Assembly (NCBI GenBank): GCA_018499905.2
Contig: JAHBAU020000007.1
Span: 11,408 to 75,407 of the forward strand
Source of the DNA: Candidatus Saccharimonadota bacterium
Lineage (GTDB): Bacteria > Patescibacteriota > Saccharimonadia > Saccharimonadales > AQU-01
Direction of reading: 5' to 3'
DNA: 64,000 nucleotides
Shown: positions 1 to 8,052 of the stretch, piece after piece
Layout: the number at the start of each line of letters is the position of its first letter
Position numbering within the stretch: the stretch's first letter is position 1
Program-made: the position numbers and the translations under genes
The notes under the pieces: model-generated
Told to the model about the DNA's origin: nothing
Databases searched by the model: none
The model's input: only the letters and a program-made list of their open reading frames with translations

Positions 1-164
1 AGGTCTTCCATTGGTGCAAATGGCTCAACTTTGGGGAGCCCACTATTGGCTGATACCAATTCCTGTAAGTCACTAATTACCAGGTCTACACGTTTCATCA
101 GAGCTTCCATAACAGGGAACTCGTCACGCTGTCTCAGTTGATCATAATCAAAACCTTCGGCCAT
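1..164 (-). CDS. Partial hypothetical protein; 3' end runs off the window
   Basis: Minus-strand ATG at 162-164 opens a frame that stays open to position 1 (MAEGFDYDQLRQRDEF...). It is too short to appear in the ORF track. Confidence 0.25.
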   Translation of the reverse strand, partial: MAEGFDYDQLRQRDEFPVMEALMKRVDLVISDLQELVSANSGLPKVEPFAPMED

Positions 165-340
165 AATTAGTGCAAACTATACAACAAGTTGAGAAAAAAG
201 CAATCTGAAAATCCACAAATGCTTTATTGTCAAAAAGATGAAAACCCTCCCTATAAAGCCGCCCTGCAATCCATTAAAATTCCCCAAGCAACGCCACCAA
301 CTGCAACAGCACAAACATCAACGTCAACGTTCGTTAGTAA

Positions 341-925
341 TTATTTGGTTTCAAATAGCTCGGGAGGGAAGCCGTATGCGGTTGCTTGTTCGGCTAGCAC
401 CGATTGTACGCCAGTCACTTGATCGGGGGTGGCTGCTCCGGCGCCGTATCCTTCCAAAGGCTTGTATATTGTCATGCCGGGCGGTACGACTTTTTCTTGC
501 TCATAGGCAGAAAGTAACTCTGGGTAGCCATCGGTCGGCAAGACTATAGTTGAACGCCGCCAACTGTTCGCAGCTTCACCGGGCACAACATGGGTCACAC
601 TAAACGGTGTCTCGATGACGCCTCCTGGCTGTTGCGGAGTCGGCTGGACATGGGGGAGGGAGTCGAGCACAGTGTCCCGATGAATAAGCATAAAACCGCC
701 GGGATCATCGGGTGATTCTGGGGTGAGCGGAACCTGTAACAGGTGCATGCCTTCGCGTACTTCAACGGCACTGACGCCTGGCACTAGGTCCGCTTGGTGT
801 GATAACGCCCAGTCAAGTGCTGCATTTGCGCTCGTTCGTAAATAGTCGCCGGCACGAACTAACTCCGGACTCACGGGTGCCCGTTGAAAGGTATTTGGTA
901 GTGGTTCGTGTTCAAAATCTGACAT
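341..925 (-). CDS. Hypothetical acidic, Pro-rich protein (194 aa)
   Basis: Longest ORF at this locus. It is divergent from 1081..2157 across a shared promoter gap. No motif recognised. Confidence 0.5.
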   Translation of the reverse strand: MSDFEHEPLPNTFQRAPVSPELVRAGDYLRTSANAALDWALSHQADLVPGVSAVEVREGMHLLQVPLTPESPDDPGGFMLIHRDTVLDSLPHVQPTPQQPGGVIETPFSVTHVVPGEAANSWRRSTIVLPTDGYPELLSAYEQEKVVPPGMTIYKPLEGYGAGAATPDQVTGVQSVLAEQATAYGFPPELFETK

Positions 926-1043
926 GTTTGTTTTGGATTAGTACTAGCCAATAATAACATAAACGCTAGCATTTGTAAACGATATTGTAAGTCAGGCGGC
1001 TTCAGCAGCAGCCTAAAATGAACAAATAACAGAGGTCATAGTG

Positions 1044-1072
1044 TTGACAAACGTGAGAGATTAATGCATAAT
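1044..1072 (+). promoter_or_regulatory. Sigma70-like promoter with leaderless geometry
   Basis: TTGACA at 1044-1049, a 17-nt spacer, then CATAAT at 1067-1072. The ATG at 1081 lies 8 nt after the -10 and has no SD. Confidence 0.45.
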
Positions 1073-1080
1073 AACTCCTT

Positions 1081-2157
1081 ATGTCAGTGGATCTCAATGA
1101 AATTCAGCGAAGAGCGCCAAGCTTTAATTTAACGGTGCCGTCCTATTTTGTGCCTGGCTCGATTGAGAGTCATGAATTTGAAGCCGGCATGTATGCGGCA
1201 ATTGCTCAAAGTGAAGAGCCAGAGACTTTTGCCGAAACCGCCTATCTGTACGCTGGTCATTTTAACCTAGGCATACCGATTAATCAGCTCATATTTTCGC
1301 TTGATCAGCCAAAACGCAAAGAAGTTTTTCAAAATGCGAGCAATCTGGCTCTGTTGTCTGGCCCAATGAGCTGGATGTTTCCGAATGAACTACAAGAAGG
1401 TGCCCAAAAGGCATTTCAAGATCTGGGCAGCACCCTGCTGTGGTCATTTGCTGTCATTGCCGCTAATGGTGGCCAGGTGGGGCCGAGCAGTGTGCCACTT
1501 ACGAGTGGTCGCGAAATTCCTGTCCGGGGCTTTACGCATGAGCAGGCTGTGCAAACGGCACAGGCCTTAACAGCCACTAGTTGGCTGATGCGAAATGTCG
1601 TGGCAAGTTATGACCGCTGGCCCGTGCAGCGCATGAATGAAACCGGCGCTTTTGGCATGTATCGCCTTGGGAAAGAAGGTGACGTGATTGCGACTGTCCG
1701 TCCGATGGCACAACCCGGCTATGATTCGGCGGTAGAGTACGGTTCAAGCAGCTATGGCTCCCAGGCAAGCATTGGCTTTAGCGTTGATCTTGAAGGGCCA
1801 TACTCTATCTATAAACGCGAGCATCAAAACCCCTTTTGTATCCGTATAGATAACGAAGGTGATCAGCTGGCACTCGATGTCGGCTCAATTTTGGGTAAGC
1901 CTGGCACGCTTGGCAAAGATGTTGCCGATCTTATTACTATTGGTGATTACGCCCGGCTTCAATCTCGGTTTCCTGAGCGGCATAGTGAACTTTCAATGAA
2001 CCATAGCAAACTGTACTTTGCGCAAGACATGGCTCAGCCTGAAACCTTTGCCCAAATGGTGGCACCGTTTGCCGCTCGATTGGAAAACAGATGGCAGGCT
2101 ACTCGCGGGGAGCTGCCTGCGCGCCTGCTGCTGCAAGCGCAAACAGCTGACGCATAG
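1081..2157 (+). CDS. Hypothetical protein (358 aa)
   Basis: Long ORF directly behind the promoter. Its 3' end overlaps the convergent TrmB-like gene by about 59 nt. No motif recognised. Confidence 0.55.
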   Translation: MSVDLNEIQRRAPSFNLTVPSYFVPGSIESHEFEAGMYAAIAQSEEPETFAETAYLYAGHFNLGIPINQLIFSLDQPKRKEVFQNASNLALLSGPMSWMFPNELQEGAQKAFQDLGSTLLWSFAVIAANGGQVGPSSVPLTSGREIPVRGFTHEQAVQTAQALTATSWLMRNVVASYDRWPVQRMNETGAFGMYRLGKEGDVIATVRPMAQPGYDSAVEYGSSSYGSQASIGFSVDLEGPYSIYKREHQNPFCIRIDNEGDQLALDVGSILGKPGTLGKDVADLITIGDYARLQSRFPERHSELSMNHSKLYFAQDMAQPETFAQMVAPFAARLENRWQATRGELPARLLLQAQTADA

Positions 2158-2860
2158 CTTCAGCAACCTGTGGGCTCTCGATGATCATACCAATTGCTTC
2201 TTCGCCAAAAGATATGATGCTGGTTTTGTCGCCATAAGTGCTTAGCTCCACTTTGCTTGTGTAGTCTTGAGGTTTAATCGGCAAACGATCAATACGGAAC
2301 TTCTTGTCTGATTCGGCATTCCATTGAGATGTGTCCGTACTAGAATTGAGCATATGCGTGGTGATGCCTTGCTTGGCACGGCGTTCCTTATAACGGATAT
2401 AGAAATCTAAACTCATCAGATCTTGGTCGTGAGGTGAACGCACGACGTAGATATCTTTATTAGTGCGGAGGGTGTCGTTATAGATCTCTTTGATGCCTTC
2501 GACACCCTGGTAGAACTTAATGCCAGGCTGCTCCGAAAATGTATAGAAATAGTTGAGAAGTGTTGGCAGCGCCGCTTGCACGGTACGCTCTCGTTCCAGG
2601 GCTTGTTGACGGGATTTTCGTGCCAATTGTTCTAAAGCGACGGGATTTTCGGGGCGGTAGACTAACTTCTTTTTGATTTCTTGTTTGCGACCTAACCCAA
2701 GTTCTACGAGTTGATCGAGTACTGCGTAGGCGTTAGTTCGGGTAATACCAATAAGACTAGCCAGTTGGGGCGGGGTAACCGAGCCATGTTTAACCTGGGC
2801 AATGTAGGCCCTTGCCTGGGTTTCGTTTAGGCCAAGAGAGACGAGTGTTGCGACATCCAT
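2099..2860 (-). CDS. TrmB-family transcriptional regulator
   Basis: N-terminal winged HTH reads LGLNETQARAYIAQVKHGSVTPPQLASLIGITRTNAYAVLDQLVELGL. I chose the internal start MDVATL at 2860. Confidence 0.6.
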   Translation of the reverse strand: MDVATLVSLGLNETQARAYIAQVKHGSVTPPQLASLIGITRTNAYAVLDQLVELGLGRKQEIKKKLVYRPENPVALEQLARKSRQQALERERTVQAALPTLLNYFYTFSEQPGIKFYQGVEGIKEIYNDTLRTNKDIYVVRSPHDQDLMSLDFYIRYKERRAKQGITTHMLNSSTDTSQWNAESDKKFRIDRLPIKPQDYTSKVELSTYGDKTSIISFGEEAIGMIIESPQVAEAMRQLFALAAAGAQAAPRE

Positions 2861-3038
2861 GGATACAGTAAAACAAAACAATCATATTTTGTCAATCAAA
2901 ATCTGACAAAAATTATTTACACATAACTTCTTAGAAATAATGTGCAGTAAACAGCAAATTGACTAAAACGTGAGTATATTTCATAATGTGCAGCCACGTG
3001 CGGGATAACACTGTACATGAATAATTGAAAGGATCTTT

Positions 3039-3503
3039 GTGAGTAGAGAAAGAAGTACATTACGCAGAGTGACAGTACCTGCCATTGTTGCATTGGGTGC
3101 AGCTTTAAGCGGCTGTGGTCTGGATGGAGAGCGAGCTGAACAAACCTGGCGGCTTGAAGTACAATGCCCCACCGATACCGATGAGCTACAAGTTATTAAT
3201 CTTGAAGCTAACGGGTCTCGCGGTGTGGATAGTATTGATTTTGCATGCGCCACTAGTGGCAGTTCTGATAGAGTAGCGCCTTTGTCAGTTGAGTTTACAG
3301 GAGCAATTGACGAAACGTTAAACGACCCCTACACACCCGAGGTAGCGAGGCACGTACTTGATCTATCGGTCTCGTTTCGGGAAGGTGGTTTGTTCGGAAC
3401 AAATCCTGCCGTTAGCGAGATCTCCATCGGCGATGCGTTTGCGACAGTGCATGTAGTTGGAGCTCTTATTGCTGGATCAGACGTCATTCGAGGGGAGAGC
3501 TAA
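3039..3503 (+). CDS. Putative lipoprotein
   Basis: GTG start. The signal peptide ends in the lipobox LSGC (VALGAALSGCGLDG). Confidence 0.5.
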   Translation: MSRERSTLRRVTVPAIVALGAALSGCGLDGERAEQTWRLEVQCPTDTDELQVINLEANGSRGVDSIDFACATSGSSDRVAPLSVEFTGAIDETLNDPYTPEVARHVLDLSVSFREGGLFGTNPAVSEISIGDAFATVHVVGALIAGSDVIRGES

Positions 3504-3507
3504 AACG

Positions 3508-4227
3508 ATGCGACGCGTTTATTCAATGGAACCCCATGATGGATATTCCCTAGATGAAACACTTCGCCTAGAGTTGGCCCAGGCCAGGATTAACCATGCC
3601 ATTCGATCAACACAAGTATTGACGCAGGATTTTCAGGCAGCGGTGCAAAAATGGCAACCACAAGTAGATCTGCAGTATGGTGTTATGCACAATGACAGCT
3701 TCCCATATGCATATACCAATGAGGCAAGAGCTTATTTAGTACGCGACCGCGCTGAAGAGCAGGCCAGGCTTGAGGAAGAGGCACGAGAAATCCCCATGGC
3801 CAGCAACTTGTATATAGGGGAGTGCTACAAGGTCCCCGTTAGCGACGCTCTAATTTCTGCAACTGGTGGTTCATTAGCACGCTATGCACTGGCACACGGG
3901 TTGGACGAAGATGCCAGCTCATTGCAGCACATTGTCGAGCTTGGCCATCGTAATCGCCCAGCAGACTATACCGACGTAGATTTGGAAAATGAAAGTCTTA
4001 ATCTGATTGGTGTAGCTGTGGTTGTAGATAAAGATCAAACCTTCCCGCGCCCGGAATGGGCGCATGTTGTCGTCCCTGAGCTGCCCGATGTGCAGCGATT
4101 TTCTCGATTTTGCATGCGTGAACTAGATTTTGGCCAAAACTCGGAAGAGTTTTTTGATCGTCAAGCCGATCTGTTCGCCGGCTCGCGTCTTGTTGTGGGA
4201 ACAGGTTTTAAAGAGATTTACGAGTAG
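3508..4227 (+). CDS. Hypothetical acidic protein
   Basis: ATG at 3508 lies 5 nt after the upstream stop. It is tightly packed with the flanking genes. Confidence 0.5.
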   Translation: MRRVYSMEPHDGYSLDETLRLELAQARINHAIRSTQVLTQDFQAAVQKWQPQVDLQYGVMHNDSFPYAYTNEARAYLVRDRAEEQARLEEEAREIPMASNLYIGECYKVPVSDALISATGGSLARYALAHGLDEDASSLQHIVELGHRNRPADYTDVDLENESLNLIGVAVVVDKDQTFPRPEWAHVVVPELPDVQRFSRFCMRELDFGQNSEEFFDRQADLFAGSRLVVGTGFKEIYE

Positions 4228-4235
4228 ATCTTGCT

Positions 4236-5534
4236 ATGAGAGTTACATCATTTGAAAACACAGCCGTTGCAGTGACAGTTATGCGACATAACGAAGCATT
4301 TGGTGCGGATCCGACTGAACTTGAGGACGGCAACATGATTCCACGTTTGTGTGCGGCTGTTGGCGCCGGAGTCTGCGCCAGAGCTTGTCAGCTGGAAGGT
4401 AATGAACGGGCTGAAGTTGGCAAGGCTTGCGCTGAAAACAACATAGCTGCAGCGCTTGAGTCTTTTGGTGTGCAGCCTGAACAGTTTGTATTAGCTGGCG
4501 CAACAAAAGATATTGTTCGATTCGGCGACAGTCTTTCAATAAAGGAGGTAAAGCAATCATCTGAAGGCTATAGCCAGGTACCTGATACCAATGCTTTCTT
4601 TTTCAGACCGGGTATTGATACTTTGCCGAATGGTAATTTTATCGAAGCGACCGGTATGCGCATGGCCGACTGTGGTGCCGTAAACTATCAGCTTACTGAC
4701 CATGATGGTAATCAGGTTGTTGGCATGGCGCATTTCTCACGAACGAATATGCGCGGACCAAGCAAATTTGAGCACACATTTCACGATGAACAAGCTAGTT
4801 GGTCGGACACAGTTATCGGGTCAGCCCTCGAGCATTATCAGGCTGATCCCAGCAGCGTATCGATTTACGTGAGCGCAGCGGTAGAAGGCAAGGACTTCAT
4901 CCATCATTACGATAACGTCGAGACAATGGAGGAGCATTATCCTGGCTGGAATGAACTTGGTTTTATGCATCCTCTTGGCGATCAGACAGAAGATTTTGAC
5001 TGTTTGATTGATTACCGGGAAATGATAGGCTGGCAGCTCGAGGGTTCTGCCCATAGGTTTGGCTTCACGCTTCATGACTCGCAGCTTGAGTCGGCGATCA
5101 ATACAGGTGATTTGTTGCTAGGGCATGCTTCACACCATGCCGCGACACACGATGAAATTGCTCACGGCAGAGACTTGTATATGGTTAAGGGAACGTCGCC
5201 CATCGATTACTACCAGCTAGCACTTGAGACTGCAGTTGCAAATGAGATAGTACGCATGCCGCTTGAAGCGGGCATGCCACAACTTGATCAAGATCCGTTT
5301 GTTGCACTCTATCAGCTGCGAATGGGTCACGCGCCACCCCCGCGACAACTCTGGGATACGCCAGATATCCGTGAAGCTGCCGAGGCCGAGGGGTTTCACC
5401 CGATGACCTATTGGCTCATGGACAGCGAGGTGCCCTCGGCTTCTGAAATGTACTCCCTATACGCTCAATGGCTGGAAGGGGTTAATCAGGCACAACAGAG
5501 AGACGGGGACAGTAGCATTAACGAGCAAGCATAA
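4236..5534 (+). CDS. DUF152/PgeF(YfiH)-like domain protein with a C-terminal extension
   Basis: GMRMADCGAVNY...VGMAHFSRTNMRG resembles the TADCxP...HAGWRG core of the family. About 130 extra C-terminal residues follow. Confidence 0.45.
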   Translation: MRVTSFENTAVAVTVMRHNEAFGADPTELEDGNMIPRLCAAVGAGVCARACQLEGNERAEVGKACAENNIAAALESFGVQPEQFVLAGATKDIVRFGDSLSIKEVKQSSEGYSQVPDTNAFFFRPGIDTLPNGNFIEATGMRMADCGAVNYQLTDHDGNQVVGMAHFSRTNMRGPSKFEHTFHDEQASWSDTVIGSALEHYQADPSSVSIYVSAAVEGKDFIHHYDNVETMEEHYPGWNELGFMHPLGDQTEDFDCLIDYREMIGWQLEGSAHRFGFTLHDSQLESAINTGDLLLGHASHHAATHDEIAHGRDLYMVKGTSPIDYYQLALETAVANEIVRMPLEAGMPQLDQDPFVALYQLRMGHAPPPRQLWDTPDIREAAEAEGFHPMTYWLMDSEVPSASEMYSLYAQWLEGVNQAQQRDGDSSINEQA

Positions 5535-5738
5535 CAAGCTCGCTACCGTTTGTAGAAATCTAGCTCTTGAAGGGCATCGGCTTCGTGCAAATGTCGTAAA
5601 AAATCGCCACACTTACTGGGTAATCATGATGACTTCGCAAAGCTTACGGCTGAAAACTACCTTGAGACATGTATGAATAATTTATAACATTAGCGCAATA
5701 AATCAAGTAAATGAGTCAGCTGGTATAGTGGAAGGGAA

Positions 5739-6947
5739 ATGATTTCGTTTCCAATTAAACGTTTGTATGTAAGTGAGTTGATTTCACAAAGTGTGGCAAT
5801 CTATCCACTTTACGCCATTATGTTTGGCGAACGCAGCGGGCTGACTCTAAGCCAGGTGGGTCTTATTTTGGGCTTGTTCTCGATTACTACTATAGTTGCT
5901 GAGGTGCCAACCGGTGCAATTGCCGACCGCTTTTCTCGGAAGTGGTCGCTCATACTCTCAAAGCTTATGCTAGCGGCTGCGATGGTAGTATGGCTTTTCT
6001 GGCCTGGTATGACAGGGTATTGCATCGGTATAGTGTTGATGGGCTTTGAAGAAGCGCTGTATAGCGGGGCGATGCAATCCTATCTGTATGAGCAGCTTGC
6101 TGATCGCAACAAAGAGTTTGCACACATAAATGCTCGGTTGTGGGCGATGATGATGGCTGGCTGGACGGTTGGTGCCGCGCTGGCTGCCCTGGTCGGGCCA
6201 AATTACAGACTCCTCCTCATCCTGAGCGTCATATCGCCATTAATCGGTGCTGCTATCACTGCCAGTCTGCCAAGTGATCGATTGGACATTGCTGCTCGCC
6301 ATGCAGAAACTGGTGGGTCACTGCTTGCAAATACCAAAGCCGCAGCGCACTACATTTTTAGTGCACGCACTGTGCTCTATGCCGTGCTGTCGATCGTATC
6401 GCTCAAATTATTGGTAGACGTACTTATTGAGTACATACCTCTGTACTACAAAGGTTCAGGGGTGAGTACTGAAACTATTCCACTGCTGTTCTTTGTCGGC
6501 AACGCTATCACAATCGGTCTATTCTGGTTTAGCCGTCAACTGTCTGCATTGGTTCGCAGACGGGAGCTGGCCATTGGAACAATCTTGGTAATCTTACTAC
6601 TAATTACCAGTCAGTTGGGCATGTGGGCCAGTATATTGGGCATGTTTTGGTACGTACGCGTGGTGCGCATGCTATTTGTTACGCAAGAGGGAGAGATCCA
6701 GCATTTGCTGATTGACCGTCATCGCGCCACCGTTACCTCAATATACTCGATGATTACCAGGCTTTTAATGGCCTTGTCATTGGTAATCATCGGGCGATTC
6801 GCTGTAGGCAGTAAAGGTGTTGTTGGCCCGATTCTAGTCTTTGTACCGCTTGTTTATCTCTGTTATGCGTTACTATACCGACAAAATCGTAACCACGTGC
6901 CAAGGTCGGGTATCGAGGCCTTGCCGCACGTGCACCCCACAGCCTAA
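5739..6947 (+). CDS. MFS-type transporter
   Basis: About 12 hydrophobic spans, with the loop motif GAIADRFSRKWS between TM2 and TM3. Confidence 0.6.
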   Translation: MISFPIKRLYVSELISQSVAIYPLYAIMFGERSGLTLSQVGLILGLFSITTIVAEVPTGAIADRFSRKWSLILSKLMLAAAMVVWLFWPGMTGYCIGIVLMGFEEALYSGAMQSYLYEQLADRNKEFAHINARLWAMMMAGWTVGAALAALVGPNYRLLLILSVISPLIGAAITASLPSDRLDIAARHAETGGSLLANTKAAAHYIFSARTVLYAVLSIVSLKLLVDVLIEYIPLYYKGSGVSTETIPLLFFVGNAITIGLFWFSRQLSALVRRRELAIGTILVILLLITSQLGMWASILGMFWYVRVVRMLFVTQEGEIQHLLIDRHRATVTSIYSMITRLLMALSLVIIGRFAVGSKGVVGPILVFVPLVYLCYALLYRQNRNHVPRSGIEALPHVHPTA

Positions 6948-7010
6948 AAAAGTTCTGGCAATTATATAAAAAAGTTGTATAATAATACTTTATTTTTATG
7001 GGATCAAAGC

Positions 7011-7484
7011 ATGCTATTTCCTAATGACGATATTCTTGGCCTCGAACATGTTTATTTACGAACACGGCAAACTTCCTTCAGTCGCGATTTGTTAGATAGT
7101 GGCGCCGCCGCCGCGATAGTTGCTTGCAATATGGAAGTCGGAGATGTGCGGTTATACCTAGATCCTTTGGGGCCCAATAGACTCTACGTACCGGCAATGA
7201 GCACGACTATGGTAGCAGCTGATGAAGGTCCGGACTCTGAAGCACAAATGCTGTCTCTGGCGTGCATCACTTACGTTCATCCGGAGCGTCCGTGCAGGGT
7301 AGATAACCTATACTATGTAGGTGCCCTCGATCAGGGTGGTGATTTCCTGGTATTTGATGCTGTCAGTGAAGGTCCCGCTGCTTTGGTTTGGGAGGCGGCA
7401 GCCGGACTCATGCAGGACCGAGAAGTATTACCTCACTTAAGCGACGATCTGCTGAAGATCGATCCTATCGCACCAATTCAATAA
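7011..7484 (+). CDS. Hypothetical protein
   Basis: The track ORF begins at a TTG inside a TATAAT box (6978-6983), so I prefer the ATG at 7011. Confidence 0.45.
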   Translation: MLFPNDDILGLEHVYLRTRQTSFSRDLLDSGAAAAIVACNMEVGDVRLYLDPLGPNRLYVPAMSTTMVAADEGPDSEAQMLSLACITYVHPERPCRVDNLYYVGALDQGGDFLVFDAVSEGPAALVWEAAAGLMQDREVLPHLSDDLLKIDPIAPIQ

Positions 7485-7492
7485 TCAAGTTT

Positions 7493-7960
7493 ATGGCTAT
7501 GGCTCAACCATCTTATGACGTGCAAGTAGCAACACTGCTGGACATGCAGCACTATATCTCCGGCGAGTTGTTTGAAACCAGAGCATCTGTCGAGGTTGTC
7601 GCTGCTGCCGCTACGCATGGTCCATGGTGGCGGCGTAGGGATTTGGGGCCAGTATTTGTCGACCGTGACTATGTGCCCGAGATCGTTCCAGCCGATGTCT
7701 TTCCAAAGCTCAGGCTAGTAGGTATTGAATTCGACAGCTCAGGCAGAAGAGTCGAGCAATCTTTCTGGAATATCGGTCCAATATTTGAAGGTGAGGCAGT
7801 CGCCATAGCCCCTGGCGTGCCGCAACGTGCCGCCGACATTGTGTATGATGCTGCCGTTTATCTGCAATCGCAACAACTGGCCGGAGTTTTGCCAGATCTC
7901 AGCCCAGACCTGACATATATTCGCCGCACACCGCTGCTAAATACCGATGTTGGCTTATAA
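7493..7960 (+). CDS. Hypothetical protein
   Basis: ATG at 7493 lies 9 nt after the upstream stop. Its C-terminus weakly resembles that of the upstream protein (LPHLSDDL versus LPDLSPDL). Confidence 0.45.
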   Translation: MAMAQPSYDVQVATLLDMQHYISGELFETRASVEVVAAAATHGPWWRRRDLGPVFVDRDYVPEIVPADVFPKLRLVGIEFDSSGRRVEQSFWNIGPIFEGEAVAIAPGVPQRAADIVYDAAVYLQSQQLAGVLPDLSPDLTYIRRTPLLNTDVGL

Positions 7961-8052
7961 TACAAAATTGACAAAAGCATAAGCTCATCGTTATATCGAG
8001 ATTTTGTAAAGGAAGTTCAACCGTAATCCCTAACAGCGTATAATAGTCATAG

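Noticed and set aside
189-549. Two plus-strand ORFs (189..422 and 238..549) in the track
   Set aside because: They overlap the longer minus-strand ORF 341..925 and each other. Their composition is low-complexity, with no start context, so they look like shadow frames.
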